Part shown: piece by piece, positions 34,388 to 45,465 of the stretch
How positions within the stretch are numbered: position 1 is the first letter of the stretch
How the letters are laid out: each line of letters opens with the position of its first letter
Notes under the pieces: model-generated
What the model saw: the letters and a program-made list of their open reading frames with translations, nothing else
The model's database searches: none
Told to the model about the DNA's origin: nothing
Translations under genes and position numbers: made by a program
Assembly: GCA_018401495.1 (NCBI GenBank)
Contig: JAGYJX010000013.1
Coordinates: 9,619 to 73,618, forward strand
DNA: 64,000 bases
Reading direction: 5' to 3'
DNA from: Rhodospirillaceae bacterium
GTDB lineage: Bacteria > Pseudomonadota > Alphaproteobacteria > Thalassobaculales > Thalassobaculaceae

Positions 34388-35140
34388 ATGCAGCGAGCGT
34401 TGGAGGGCAAGGTCGCCCTGGTGACGGGGGCCGGTCGAAACATCGGGCGGACCATCGCCCTGCATCTGGCGCGCGACGGCGCCGCCGTGGTGGTGAACGG
34501 CCGCAGCGACCGGGCGGCGGTCGACGCCGTGGTCGCCGAGATCGCCACCGTCGGCGGCCGCGCCATGGGCTGGATCGCCGACGTGTCGGACGAGCGGGCG
34601 GTCGCCGGCATGGCCGACGCCGTCGCGGCGGAATTCGGCGGCGTCGACATCCTGGTCGGAAACGCCGGCCTCCGGCGCCAGACGCCGTTCCTGGAGATGG
34701 GGTTCGCGGAATGGCGGGAGATCCTGTCGGTGTCGCTCGACGGGATGTTCCTGCTGGCGCGGGCGGTGGCGCCCGCCATGGTCGCGCGCGGCGGCGGTGC
34801 CATCGTCGGCCTGTCCGGCATCTCGACCCATGTCGGCACGCCCAACCGCTGCCACGTCTCGGCGTCCAAGGCCGGCCTCGAGGGCTTGATGCGGGCGCTG
34901 GCGGTGGAGCTGGCGCCGCACGGCATCCGCTGCAACTGCGTGGCGCCCGGCGCGGTCGACACGGTGCGCGGCGCCGCCGCCGGGCCGATGCCGAGCAGCC
35001 TGATCGAGCGCGGCATCCCGCTCGGCCGCAAGTCCAGCGTCGACGAGATCGCCGCCGCCGTGCGGTTCCTGGTCGGTCCCGGAGGCGGCACCGTCACCGG
35101 CCAGACCCTGCACGTCAACGGCGGGGTGTATCTGACCTGA
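34388..35140 (+). CDS. SDR family oxidoreductase
   Basis: [20 protein letters not shown]; atypical HVSASK in place of YxxxK. Confidence 0.9.
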   Translation: MQRALEGKVALVTGAGRNIGRTIALHLARDGAAVVVNGRSDRAAVDAVVAEIATVGGRAMGWIADVSDERAVAGMADAVAAEFGGVDILVGNAGLRRQTPFLEMGFAEWREILSVSLDGMFLLARAVAPAMVARGGGAIVGLSGISTHVGTPNRCHVSASKAGLEGLMRALAVELAPHGIRCNCVAPGAVDTVRGAAAGPMPSSLIERGIPLGRKSSVDEIAAAVRFLVGPGGGTVTGQTLHVNGGVYLT

Positions 35141-35199
35141 CGGGCACGGAGTCGGAAAGTCGGCTTGAGCCGTCCATAGCGGTGCCGTAGGATTCACCT

Positions 35200-35466
35200 A
35201 TGGAAACCACCCCAATGGTCGACGCAAGCAACGAGTTGATGCTCGAGCAGTTCCGGCAGGTTCGCGGCATTTTGGGCGGACATGGCCAGAAGCTCGACGA
35301 GGTCTTGCACCGCCTCTCCGTGGTAGAGATCGGGCTTGCCGGCCTGCGCCGCGAGCACGCCGGGGATGCCGAGACCGTCGCCTACCTGCAGGCGAGGGTC
35401 GACCGGATGCAAGGCGAGATCGACCGGATAAACCACCGCCTGGAGATCACCGACACGCAGCGTTGA
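35200..35466 (+). CDS. small coiled-coil hypothetical protein (start 35200 or 35215)
   Basis: Heptad pattern, NELMLEQFR..VDRMQGEIDRINHRLEI; fills the SDR-rmuC gap. Confidence 0.7.
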   Translation: METTPMVDASNELMLEQFRQVRGILGGHGQKLDEVLHRLSVVEIGLAGLRREHAGDAETVAYLQARVDRMQGEIDRINHRLEITDTQR

Positions 35467-35512
35467 GGCGGACGGTCAGCCGTGCCTCGAGCCGGGCGGG
35501 ATCACGGCTCGG

Positions 35513-36679
35513 TCACCAGTCGAGGGGTGGCACCGGCTCGGCGACGCGTTCCGGCTCCTCCACCTCGACCTCTCGGATGCGTTCGGCACGCTTGTCGATG
35601 CGCTCGGTCGAGATCCGGATCTGGCGCATGTCGTCGTCGGCCTGGCGGAAATGCGTCTGCAGCTTGCCGACCCGCTCGTCGAGCCGGCGCACGTCGTCGA
35701 GCAGCCTACCGACCTCGGCCTGCAGCAGCCCGGCCTGCTCGCTGATCCGGGCGTCCTTCAGCACCGCTCGCACGGTGTGCAGCGTCGCCATCAGGGTGGT
35801 CGGCGAGACGATCCACACCCGGCGCCGGAACGCTTCCTGGACCACCGCCGGCAGGTTGGCGTGCAACTCGGCGTAGACCGCCTCGGAGGGCAGGAACATC
35901 AGGGCGGAATCGGCGGTCTCGCCCGGCACGATGTAGCGCTCGGCGATGTCGCGGATGTGCCGGGTGACGGTCTGGGCGAGGCCGCGCCGGGCGGCCTCGC
36001 GCTCGGCGTCGCTGCCGGCCTGGCGCAGGGCGGAATAGGCCTCGAGCGGGAACTTGGCGTCGATGGCGATGGCGCCCGGCGGGTTCGGCAGGGTCAGCAG
36101 GCAGTCGACCCGCCGCCCGCTCGCCAGGGTCGCCTGGAAGGCGTAGGCGGTCGGCGGCAGGGCCTGGGTCACCAGGTCGTTGAGCTGGATCTCGCCGAAC
36201 GCCCCGCGCGCCTGCTTGTTGGCCAGGATGTCCTGCAACCCGACCACCTGGCTCGACAGGGTGGTGATGTTTTGCTGGGCGGCGTCGATGACCGCCAGCC
36301 TCTCCTTCAGATCCGAAAGCGTGGTTTGGGCCGATTGCGAGGATTTCTCGAGGCTCTCGCCGACCCGGCGGCCGATTTCGGCCAGCCGTTCCTCGAGCTT
36401 GCCGGCGAGCGCCCGCTCCTGGACCTGCAGCTGCTCGGCCATGCGGGCCTGGGCGGCGGCCTGGCTCTCGGCGATCTGGGCCAGCCGCCCGGCAAGCTCG
36501 GCCTGGCTGCGGGCCAGCCGCTCGGCTGCCTCGCTCTGCCGGCGCTCGCTGTCGGCGAGCGCGTCCTCGACGCCGCCGCCGGTCCACAGCCGCCAGGCGA
36601 TGACCAGCAGCGCGGCGACGCCGCACACGCCGACGGCCAGCAGCAGGAATTGCGGCGAGGAAAACTCGATGGCGGGCAT
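35513..36679 (-). CDS. rmuC: DNA recombination protein RmuC
   Basis: N-terminal TM helix, coiled coil, RGAFGEIQL, IDAKFP, MFLPSEAVY, SPTTLMA. Confidence 0.95.
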   Translation of the reverse strand: MPAIEFSSPQFLLLAVGVCGVAALLVIAWRLWTGGGVEDALADSERRQSEAAERLARSQAELAGRLAQIAESQAAAQARMAEQLQVQERALAGKLEERLAEIGRRVGESLEKSSQSAQTTLSDLKERLAVIDAAQQNITTLSSQVVGLQDILANKQARGAFGEIQLNDLVTQALPPTAYAFQATLASGRRVDCLLTLPNPPGAIAIDAKFPLEAYSALRQAGSDAEREAARRGLAQTVTRHIRDIAERYIVPGETADSALMFLPSEAVYAELHANLPAVVQEAFRRRVWIVSPTTLMATLHTVRAVLKDARISEQAGLLQAEVGRLLDDVRRLDERVGKLQTHFRQADDDMRQIRISTERIDKRAERIREVEVEEPERVAEPVPPLDW

Positions 36680-36728
36680 GCGTCAGCCTATCACGATCGA
36701 GGACGCGGGCCCGACAGGCGCAGGAATC

Positions 36729-36757
36729 TTGACGGTACCGGCGGCTTCGCCTACCTG
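36729..36757 (+). promoter_or_regulatory. putative promoter of def-fmt-truA
   Basis: TTGACG-N17-TACCTG about 30 bp upstream of def. Confidence 0.45.
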
Positions 36758-36785
36758 AGGTGATCTCGAAACCGGGCGAATCGCG

Positions 36786-37313
36786 ATGGCCATCCTGCCG
36801 ATCATCTGGGCTCCCGACCCGATCCTGAAGACCCGCTGCAAGCCGGTCGAGGTCATCGACGATGCGGTGCGTCGGCTGGTGGACGACATGTTCCACACCA
36901 TGTACGCGGCACCCGGGGTCGGGCTGGCGGCCCCGCAGGTCGGCGTGGCCACGCGCGTGGTGGTGGTGGACGTCGCCGCCAAGGACGCCAAGCCCGAGCC
37001 GATCGCCCTGATCAACCCGGAAATCGTCTGGCGCTCCGACGAGACCCAGGTCTACGAGGAGGGCTGCCTGTCGCTGCCGGAACTCTACGCCGACGTCGAG
37101 CGGCCGGCGCGGGTGAAGGTGCGCTACCTGGACCGCGAGGGGGCGACGCGGCAGATCGAGGGCGAGGGATTGCTGGCGGTCTGCCTGCAGCACGAGATCG
37201 ATCACATCGACGGCGTCCTGTTCGTCGACCGGATCTCGGCGCTGAAGCGCAACATCATCCTCAAGAAGATGGTCAAGGCGAAGAAGCTGCGCTCGCGCGA
37301 GCACGCGGCGTGA
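36786..37313 (+). CDS. def: peptide deformylase
   Basis: [24 protein letters not shown]. Confidence 0.97.
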   Translation: MAILPIIWAPDPILKTRCKPVEVIDDAVRRLVDDMFHTMYAAPGVGLAAPQVGVATRVVVVDVAAKDAKPEPIALINPEIVWRSDETQVYEEGCLSLPELYADVERPARVKVRYLDREGATRQIEGEGLLAVCLQHEIDHIDGVLFVDRISALKRNIILKKMVKAKKLRSREHAA

Positions 37314-38251
37314 GCGACGCTTCGCGTCTGCGCGTTGCCTTTCTCGGCAGTCCCGATTTCGCGGTCCCGACCCTGAGGGCGCTGATCGAGGCGGGCCACG
37401 AGGTCGCCTGCGTCTACGCGCAGCCGCCGCGCCCGGCCGGCCGCGGCAAGCGCGAGCGGCCGACGGCGGTCCAGGCCGCCGCCGAGGCCGCCGGCATCCC
37501 GGTGCGCACGCCGCGCACGCTGCGCGATCCCGAGGAGCAGGCGGCGTTTGCGGCGCTTGGGCTGGATGTGGCGGTGGTGGTGGCCTACGGGCTGATCCTG
37601 CCGCCGGCGGTGCTGTCGGCGCCGCGGCTCGGCTGCGTCAACGTCCACGCCTCGCTGCTGCCGCGCTGGCGCGGGGCGGCGCCGATCCAGCGCGCCATCC
37701 TGGCGGGCGACACCGAGACCGGCGTCACGATCATGCAGATGGACGCCGGCCTCGACACCGGCGCGATGCTGCTGCGGCGCGCGGTGCCGATCGGGCCCGA
37801 GACCACCGCGGCGGCGCTCCACGACACGCTCGCCACCCTCGGCGCCCAGCTGATCGAACCGACGCTGGCAGGGCTGGCCTCGGGCGCCCTGACGGCGACC
37901 GCGCAGCCGGCCGAGGGCGTCACCTACGCCCGCAAGCTGGAGCGTGACGAGGGCCGCCTCGACTTCTCCCGCCCGGCGGCCGAGCTTGAGCGGGCGGTCC
38001 GCGCCTTCGACCCGTGGCCGGGCGCCTTCCTCGACCTCGAGGGTGAGCGCGTCAAGGTGCTGGCGGCGCGGGTCCTGAAGGTCGGGGCGCTGGCCAACGC
38101 GCCGGGCACCGTGCTCGACCACGAGTTCACCATCGCCTGCGGCGAGGATGCCCTGCGGCCGACCCGGGTGCAGCGCGCCGGCAAGGCGCCGATGGCGACC
38201 GAGGCGTTCCTGCGCGGGTTGCCGGTCGCCGCCGGCACGATCCTCGGCTGA
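37310..38251 (+). CDS. fmt: methionyl-tRNA formyltransferase
   Basis: [38 protein letters not shown]. Confidence 0.97.
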   Translation: MSDASRLRVAFLGSPDFAVPTLRALIEAGHEVACVYAQPPRPAGRGKRERPTAVQAAAEAAGIPVRTPRTLRDPEEQAAFAALGLDVAVVVAYGLILPPAVLSAPRLGCVNVHASLLPRWRGAAPIQRAILAGDTETGVTIMQMDAGLDTGAMLLRRAVPIGPETTAAALHDTLATLGAQLIEPTLAGLASGALTATAQPAEGVTYARKLERDEGRLDFSRPAAELERAVRAFDPWPGAFLDLEGERVKVLAARVLKVGALANAPGTVLDHEFTIACGEDALRPTRVQRAGKAPMATEAFLRGLPVAAGTILG

Positions 38252-38254
38252 GCC

Positions 38255-39001
38255 ATGCCGCGCTTCCGGCTCACGCTGGAGTACGACGGCGCCCCGTTCG
38301 TCGGCTGGCAGCGCCAGGACAACGGCGCCAGCGTCCAGGGCGCGCTGGAGGATGCCGTGCACGCGTTCTCCGGCGAGCGCGTCGAGGTCGCCGGCGCCGG
38401 GCGGACCGACACGGGCGTGCACGCCGAGGGCCAGGTCGCCCACATCGACCTCGCCGCCGGCCGGTTCGACGCCCGCACCGTGATGAACGCCATCAACGCC
38501 CACCTGCGTCCGCTGCCGGTCGCGGTGTTGGCGGCCGAGGCCGTCGCCGACGGCTTCCACGCCCGGTTCTCGGCGACCTGGCGCGCCTACCGCTACGTCA
38601 TCGTGAACCGCGGGGCGCCGCTGGCGCTCGACGCCGGGCGGGCCTGGCACGTCAAGGCGGCGCTCGACACCGAGGCGATGAACGAGGGTGCCGCCCGCCT
38701 GCTCGGAACGCACGACTTCACCAGCTTCCGGGCCACCCACTGCCAGTCGGCGTCGCCGATCAAGACCCTCGACCTGCTGCGCGTGTCGCGGCACGGCGAG
38801 CGGGTGGTGGTCGAGGCACGCGCCCGCTCCTTCCTGCACCACCAGGTCCGCAACATGGTGGGAACGCTGAAGCTGGTGGGCGAGGGGAAGTGGTCGCCGG
38901 ATGCGGTGACGGCGGCGCTGCGGGCCCGCGACCGGGCGGCCGCCGGACCGACCGCGCCGGCGGAGGGCCTGACGCTGGTGGCGGTCGGCTACCCGGGCTA
39001 G
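38255..39001 (+). CDS. truA: tRNA pseudouridine(38-40) synthase
   Basis: EYDG..GWQRQ, AGRTDTGVHA, FHARFSA, FLHHQVRNMVG. Confidence 0.97.
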   Translation: MPRFRLTLEYDGAPFVGWQRQDNGASVQGALEDAVHAFSGERVEVAGAGRTDTGVHAEGQVAHIDLAAGRFDARTVMNAINAHLRPLPVAVLAAEAVADGFHARFSATWRAYRYVIVNRGAPLALDAGRAWHVKAALDTEAMNEGAARLLGTHDFTSFRATHCQSASPIKTLDLLRVSRHGERVVVEARARSFLHHQVRNMVGTLKLVGEGKWSPDAVTAALRARDRAAAGPTAPAEGLTLVAVGYPG

Positions 39002-39015
39002 GTCGCCGCCGACGG

Positions 39016-39588
39016 CTACAGCAGCGGGGACAGGACGGCGGCGACGGTCCAGTCGAACATCACCGTCCCGGCGACCACCATCCCGGCCTCCGCGCCGGTC
39101 ATCGCCAGGGTGTTGCGGGCGACGAACCAGCGCGCCCACAGCAGCAGAACCAGGAAGGCGATCGTCAGCAGCTTGGACAGCGCGTCGGGCAGCAGGCCGG
39201 TCGCCTGCACGATGGTGAGGGCCAGGTGCGCGTAGGCCAACGGCACCGTGGTCCAGAAGTAGGCGGTCATGTAGCCGTCGAAGCGGCCGAGCCGGCCCAG
39301 GCGCTGCAGGACCGCGTGCGCCAGGAGGGCGTAGCCGAACCAGCCGATCGCCAGGATCTCCGCCTCGCGGACCGCGTCGAGCAGGCCGAAGGGCAGCGCC
39401 GGGTCGCCGGCGACGAACACCGCCAGGGTCAGCAGGTGCGCCGGCAGCACCAGGACGATCGCCCAGGCGGCGGCCCAGAAGCCGTCACGGCCGCCCCGGA
39501 AGTACGCGCTGCCGCCGGCGTCGCCCCGGATCAGCCGCCAGGCCCCGTACAGGGCGGTCGCGACCTCGATCCGGTCGGGTGGGTGCAT
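39016..39588 (-). CDS. hypothetical integral membrane protein
   Basis: About 5 hydrophobic segments; immediately downstream of dapE. Confidence 0.75.
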   Translation of the reverse strand: MHPPDRIEVATALYGAWRLIRGDAGGSAYFRGGRDGFWAAAWAIVLVLPAHLLTLAVFVAGDPALPFGLLDAVREAEILAIGWFGYALLAHAVLQRLGRLGRFDGYMTAYFWTTVPLAYAHLALTIVQATGLLPDALSKLLTIAFLVLLLWARWFVARNTLAMTGAEAGMVVAGTVMFDWTVAAVLSPLL

Positions 39589-39598
39589 GTCGGCTCGT

Positions 39599-40777
39599 TC
39601 AGGCGAAGAACCGCCGCAGCAACGCGGCGTAGATGTCGGTGAGCGCCCGGATGTCGTCGACCGCCACGCGCTCGTCGACCTTGTGCATGGTCTGGCCGAC
39701 CAGGCCGAACTCAACCACCGGGCACAGCCGCCGGATGAAACGCGCGTCCGAGGTCCCGCCGGTGGTGCTGAGTTCCGGCCGCCGGCCGACGACCGAGTCC
39801 ACGGCGTCGGAGAGCAGGGTGCTGAGCCGCCCGGGCTCGGTCACGAAGGCCTCGCCCGAGCATTCGGTGGTCAGCTCGTAGCGCGCGCCCTTCTGGTCGA
39901 AGCTGGCGCGCAGCATGCGCTCCAGCGAGTCCGCCGTGTGGGCGTCGTTGAAGCGGATGTTGAACACCGCCGTCGCCTTGGCCGGGATCACGTTGGTCGC
40001 GACGTTGCCGACGTCGATCGTCGTCACCGCCAGCGTGCTCGGCTGGAAGTGTGCCGTGCCCTCGTCGAGCCGGCCGTGGGCGAACGGCTCCAGCATCCGC
40101 AGCAGGTGGTGAACCGGGTTCTCCGCCAGATGCGGGTAGGCCACGTGACCCTGGGTCCCGTGCACGGTCAGGCGTCCGGTCAGGCTGCCGCGCCGGCCGA
40201 TCTTCATCATGTCGCCAAGGGCGGCCGGGTTGGTCGGCTCGCCGACCACGCAGGCGTCCGGGATCTCGCCTTCGGCCTCCATCCAGTCCAGCACCTTGGT
40301 GGTGCCGTTGACCGCGGGACCTTCCTCGTCGCCGGTGATCAGGAGGCTGATCGAGCCGGGCAGCGTGCCGCCGCGCTCGCCGATCACTCGGGCGGCGGCC
40401 GCCACGAAGGCGGCGATACCGCCCTTCATGTCGGCGGCCCCGCGTCCCCACAGCAGGCCGTCGCGGACGCTGCCCTCGAAGGGATCCACGGTCCACGCCG
40501 CGGTGTCCCCGACCGGCACCACGTCGGTGTGACCGGCGAAGCAGAAATGCGGGCCGTCGGTGCCGAGTCGGGCGTACAGATTGTCGATCGGGTCGGTCCC
40601 CGGCTCTTCGAACCGCAGGCGCCGGCAGGCGAAGCCGAGCGGCTCGAGCGCCGCCACCAGCACATCGATGGCGCCGCCTTCGGCCGGAGTGACGCTGGGG
40701 CAGCGGATCAGCCGGCCGGCGATCTCCACCGGATCGAGCGCGGCGGCCCCCACGCCTGCCTGGCCGGACACCGGCAT
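39599..40777 (-). CDS. dapE: succinyl-diaminopimelate desuccinylase
   Basis: [45 protein letters not shown]. Confidence 0.96.
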   Translation of the reverse strand: MPVSGQAGVGAAALDPVEIAGRLIRCPSVTPAEGGAIDVLVAALEPLGFACRRLRFEEPGTDPIDNLYARLGTDGPHFCFAGHTDVVPVGDTAAWTVDPFEGSVRDGLLWGRGAADMKGGIAAFVAAAARVIGERGGTLPGSISLLITGDEEGPAVNGTTKVLDWMEAEGEIPDACVVGEPTNPAALGDMMKIGRRGSLTGRLTVHGTQGHVAYPHLAENPVHHLLRMLEPFAHGRLDEGTAHFQPSTLAVTTIDVGNVATNVIPAKATAVFNIRFNDAHTADSLERMLRASFDQKGARYELTTECSGEAFVTEPGRLSTLLSDAVDSVVGRRPELSTTGGTSDARFIRRLCPVVEFGLVGQTMHKVDERVAVDDIRALTDIYAALLRRFFA

Positions 40778-40790
40778 GGTCTCAAGGCCC

Positions 40791-41650
40791 TCAGTCGCGC
40801 AGGAGGTCGTTGATCGAGGTCTTGGCGCGGGTCTGCTCGTCGACCTGCTTGACGATGACCGCGCAGTACAGCGACGGCCCAGGCTGGCCGTTCGGCAACG
40901 GCTTGCCCGGCAGCGCGCCCGGCACCAGCACCGAGTAGGCGGGAACCCGGCCCATGGTGATCTCGCCGGTCTCGCGGTTCACGATCTTGGTGGTCTTGCT
41001 GAGGTAGACACCCATGGACAGAACGGCACCGGTCTCGACGATCACCCCTCGACGACCTCGCTGCGGGCGCCGATGAAGCAGTTGTCCTCGATGATCACCG
41101 GATCGGCCTGCAACGGCTCCAGAACCCCACCGATGCCGACACCGCCGGACAGATGACAGTTCTTGCCGATCTGGGCGCACGATCCGACGGTCGCCCAGGT
41201 GTCCACCATGGTCCCGCTGTCGACGTAGGCGCCGAGATTCACGAAGCTCGGCATCAGCACCACGTTCGGCGCGATGTAGGCGGACCGGCGCACCACGCAG
41301 TTGGGCACCGCCCGGAAGCCGGCTTCGCGGAACCGGCTTTCGCCCCAGCCGGCGAACTTCGACGGCACCTTGTCCCACCACGCCGACGGCCCGCGTTCAC
41401 CGTCGGTCGGGCCGCCGGGCACCACCGCCATGTCGAACAGCCGGAACGACAGCAGCACCGCCTTCTTGAGCCACTGGTTGACGTCCCACTGATGCTCGCC
41501 TTTCGGCGTCGCCACCCGCAGGCTTCCGTTGTCGAGGCCCTCGAGCGCCGCTTCGACGGCATCGCGGACTTCGCCCTTGGTGCCGGTGCCGATCTCGGTT
41601 CGGCGCTCCCAGGCATCGTCGATCACAGCTTGCAGTTGGCTCGCGCTCAT
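40791..41650 (-). CDS. dapD: tetrahydrodipicolinate N-succinyltransferase (frameshift near 41046)
   Basis: [33 protein letters not shown]; second frame [18 protein letters not shown]. Confidence 0.96.
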
Positions 41651-41699
41651 CGGTCCCGTCGTCGGCTGTCGGAGGAGTGGAACAGGCGGAATCCCGGCC

Positions 41700-41728
41700 A
41701 CAATGGCGGGGCCTCCGGGGAGTGTCAA
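41700..41728 (-). promoter_or_regulatory. putative sigma70 promoter of dapD-dapE
   Basis: TTGACA-N17-CATTGT on the minus strand, about 50 bp upstream of dapD. Confidence 0.55.
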
Positions 41729-42441
41729 CGCGGCTCGGCGGCCGGTTGCACCAGGGTTTCGAGAAACCCGACGAGGTCGTCGGCGACGTGATGGACATGG
41801 TCCGCCTCGGCGCCGTCGCGGGCCCAGTCGTAGTCGCTGCGCAGCCACACCGTCCGCATGCCCAGCGCGGCCGCCGGCGCCAGGTTCTTGGCCATGTCCT
41901 CGACCATCACCGCGCCGGCCGGCGCGAACCCGGCGATCTCGACCAGTCGGGCGTAGGGTCGCGGGTCCGGCTTCGGGACGTAGTCGGCGGCGACGATGTC
42001 GAACACCGTGTCGAAATGCCGCTCGATGCCGAGACGCTGCATCACCCGCTGGGCGTGCGGCACCGAGCCGTTGGTGAACACCAGCTTGCGGCCGGGCAGG
42101 GCGGCCAGCAGCCGGTCGAGCCGCGGCGCCGGGTCGAGGGCGGTGACGTCGATGTCGTGGACGTGGTGCAGGAACGCCGCCGGATCGATCGCGTGCTCGG
42201 TCATGAGGCCGCGCAGCGTGGTTCCGTGCCGTTGGAACAGCGCGCGCTGCAGGTCCTTGGCGGGACCCGGCGCCAGGCCGAAGCGCTGCTCGATGAAGGT
42301 GGTCATGCGCGCCGAGACCTGCACGAACAGGTTGCAGCGCGCCGGGTACAGCGTGTTGTCGAGATCGAACACCCAGGTCTCGACCGTGGCGGCATCGATC
42401 GGTTCAGGGCTTTTAAGACGCATTGGCGTGACATCGTTCAT
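41725..42441 (-). CDS. pyrimidine 5'-nucleotidase (HAD superfamily)
   Basis: [37 protein letters not shown]. Confidence 0.92.
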   Translation of the reverse strand: MNDVTPMRLKSPEPIDAATVETWVFDLDNTLYPARCNLFVQVSARMTTFIEQRFGLAPGPAKDLQRALFQRHGTTLRGLMTEHAIDPAAFLHHVHDIDVTALDPAPRLDRLLAALPGRKLVFTNGSVPHAQRVMQRLGIERHFDTVFDIVAADYVPKPDPRPYARLVEIAGFAPAGAVMVEDMAKNLAPAAALGMRTVWLRSDYDWARDGAEADHVHHVADDLVGFLETLVQPAAEPR

Positions 42442-42494
42442 GCCGCTAGAGTGGCGCCGACTGACGGAACCGGCAAGGCGGGAGGCGTTTGAGG

Positions 42495-44175
42495 ATGGCG
42501 ACGGGCGACCGATCGACCGACGATCTGGTCGACCTGATCGAGGACGGACCGCTCGCCGATCACCCGGGGCCGGTGCTTCTGGTCGCGACCGACGGATCCG
42601 TTCTGGCTCGCAACATTCCGGGCGCGCCGTTCGCCCACCGGTTCGCGGCCGGCGAGCTGCCGGCGGTCACCGCGATGGTGGCCGCGGTCACCGCCGGGAC
42701 CGGCTCGCAGAGCTTCAAGATCTCCGACGACGAGACCGGGCACACCATCGACCTGGCAACCATCCCGGTGAACGCCAGCCAGGCCCTGCTGGTCGGGCGC
42801 GACGTCACGCTCGACCACAACCTGCGCGCGGCTCTGGTCGATTCCCGGCAGCGCTACAAGGATCTGGTCGAAATCTCGTCCGATTTCGCCTGGGAGACCG
42901 GACCGACCGGGCAGTTCGTGTTCGTGTCCACCGGCGGCGCTCTCGGCTACGATCCCGACGAATTGGTCGGCCGGACCGCCGACCGCTTCCTGGTGGTGCC
43001 GGAGGGCCTCGAGATCGTCAGCCCGTTCGACACCCGCGAGCCGGTGCAGGGCGTGGAAGTCCGGTTCCGGCGCGCCGACGGCCGGATCGCGACCCTCGAG
43101 GCCTCGGCGGCACCGCTGTTCGACGACCGCGGTCGCTGGTGCGGTGCCCGCGGGGTGTGCCACGACGTCACCGAGGCGCGGGTCCGCGACGTGGCGCTCG
43201 CCCGCGCCCGCAGCCGCGAACGCCTGACCACCTACATCGTGCGCACCATCCGCGACGAGATCGAGCCGGCGCGCATGCTCGACGCCGCGGCCGCAGCCCT
43301 GACCCGTGCGCTGTCGGCCGACGGGTGCGCGCTGTTCCGGATCGTACCCGGGGCCGGGCTCGACCTTGCGGTGCGGATCGGCGCTCCGGTGCCGGCCCGG
43401 GTGGTGGACGAGTTGCGCGAGGCGATCCTCGGGACCAGGGACCCGGTGCTCGCCGAACTCGACGAGGGGGCGGCGCTGGCCCATCAGCTGTCCTACCACC
43501 AGGAGATGAACGGCACGGTCGTGCTTTGGCGCGACGGCGCCGAGGCCGAATGGGACCAGGAGGAGATCACTCTCCTGGTCGAGGTCGCGGACCAGCTCGG
43601 GATCGCGCTTCAGCAGGTCGCGGCGCACGAGCACCTGCGGGCGCTGTCGTCGACCGACGCCATGACCGGCCTGCTGAACCGGCGCGCCTTCGACGAGGCG
43701 ATCGCGCAGCGCCTGGCGTCGCAGGGGGACACCGCCCCCGGGACCCTGGTCTATGTCGACATGGACAACTTCAAGAAGGTCAACGACACCCGCGGCCATC
43801 AGGTCGGTGACCGGGCGCTGATCCACCTCGCCGACATCCTGAAACGGCAGGTGCGGGCAGGCGACCTGGTCGCCCGGATGGGCGGTGACGAGTTCGCGCT
43901 GTGGATGGAGGGAGTCGATTCCTCGGTTGCGCCGGCGCGCGCCGAGGCCATCCTCGCCGCCGGACGTGACCTGCTGGTCTATTCCGGCAGCCCGGAGCAC
44001 CCGATTGGGCTGTCGATCGGCATGGCGGTCCGGGAGCCGGGATCGGGGAGACGCGCGAGGAACTGATCGCGCGGGCCGACGCCGTGATGTACGAGATCAA
44101 GCATGGAGGCAAGGGATGGTATCGGCTCGCCGGTCCCCCGCGCCAATGGCCAACGAGCAGCACCGGAGCCGATGA
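42495..44175 (+). CDS. PAS-GAF-GGDEF diguanylate cyclase (frameshifts near 44048 and probably 44135)
   Basis: DFAWET PAS, GAF segment, DAMTGLLNRR, DMDNFKKVND, RAGD I-site, MGGDEF; tail ELIARADAVMYEIKHGGKG in the next frame. Confidence 0.9.
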
Positions 44176-45452
44176 CAAAGCCGCCGCCCAGTCGCCGCGC
44201 CGACGACCCTTCGAACGATCCGCAGTCCCTGCACGAGGCCATGAAGGTCGCGCGCGGTGGCGACGCCGACGCGCGCCGGCGCCTTGCCGAGCGCACCGAC
44301 ATCGCGCCGGAACTGCTCTTCTATCTGGCCGAGGATACCGACACCGCGGTGCGGCAGGCGGTCGCGGCCAACCCATCGACGCCGCGGCGCGCCGACGAGT
44401 TTCTCGCCCGGGACGCCGACGAAACGGTCCGGGCGTCGGTGGCGGCCCGGGTGGTGGCGGCTGTGGCCGAACTCGGCACGGAGCGGCGGGCGCAGCACCG
44501 CCGGATCACCATCGAGGTCATGGAGACCCTGGCGCTGGACGCCGCCGAGAAGGTCCGGCGCAGGCTGGCCGAGTCGGTCAGCGACGTCGCCAGCGCGCCA
44601 GCCGACGTGGTGCGCCGGGTGATCGAGGTGCTGGCGCGGGACACCGCGATCGAGGTCGCGGGCCCAGTCCTCGAGCGCTCGCCGCTGCTGTCCGAGGATT
44701 TTCTGGTCGGCGTCGTGCAGTCGCCGCGCAACACCGGCGCGGTCACCGCGATCTCGCGCCGCCGCGGCGTGTCGTCGCGGGTCTCCGACGCGGTCGCCGC
44801 AAGCGGCGACGACGCGGCGATCGCGGCGCTGCTGGCGAACGATTCGGCGCAGATCCGCGAAGCGACCCTCGATCGCCTGATCGACCTGGCCCCGGACCGG
44901 CCGAGCTGGCACGCGCCGCTGGTGGCGCGTCCGAAGCTGTCCGCCGGGCATGTCGGCAAGCTCGCCCGGTTCGTGGCGATGGCGCTGGTCGACGAGCTGC
45001 GCAAGCGGACCGATCTGGATGATGAGGCCTCCGCGCGCCTGACCGACGTCATGAGCCGGCGGATCGAGGAGGCCGGCACCGGCAACACCCCGGTGAGCGC
45101 CGAGCGCACCCGGGCCGTCACCATGCACGACCAGGGTCAGCTCGACGAATTGTCGCTGAGCGAGGCGCTGACGGCCGGGCGGCGGGCCTTCGTCATGGCG
45201 GCGCTGTCGGTGCGCTCCGGGCTGACCGAGGGCGTGGTGCACTCGATGATGAGTTCGGGCAACGCCAAGGCAGTCACGGCGCTGGCCTGGAAGGCCGGGA
45301 TGACGATGGAGTTCGCCGAGCAGCTGCAGCTTCGCCTCGCCTACATCGAACCGAGGGACGTGCTGAGGGCGACCTACGGCACCCGTTACGCGCTCGACGA
45401 CGAGCAGCTCGATTGGCAGGTGTCGATGTTCTCCGACGGCGGGAACCGGTAG
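44172..45452 (+). CDS. DUF2336 domain protein with N-terminal HEAT/LRV-like repeats
   Basis: PELLFYLAED, VAGPVLERSPLL, ALLANDSAQIREATLD; ATGA overlap with the inferred cyclase stop. Confidence 0.82.
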   Translation: MTKPPPSRRADDPSNDPQSLHEAMKVARGGDADARRRLAERTDIAPELLFYLAEDTDTAVRQAVAANPSTPRRADEFLARDADETVRASVAARVVAAVAELGTERRAQHRRITIEVMETLALDAAEKVRRRLAESVSDVASAPADVVRRVIEVLARDTAIEVAGPVLERSPLLSEDFLVGVVQSPRNTGAVTAISRRRGVSSRVSDAVAASGDDAAIAALLANDSAQIREATLDRLIDLAPDRPSWHAPLVARPKLSAGHVGKLARFVAMALVDELRKRTDLDDEASARLTDVMSRRIEEAGTGNTPVSAERTRAVTMHDQGQLDELSLSEALTAGRRAFVMAALSVRSGLTEGVVHSMMSSGNAKAVTALAWKAGMTMEFAEQLQLRLAYIEPRDVLRATYGTRYALDDEQLDWQVSMFSDGGNR

Positions 45453-45465
45453 CGGGCGGCTTCAA

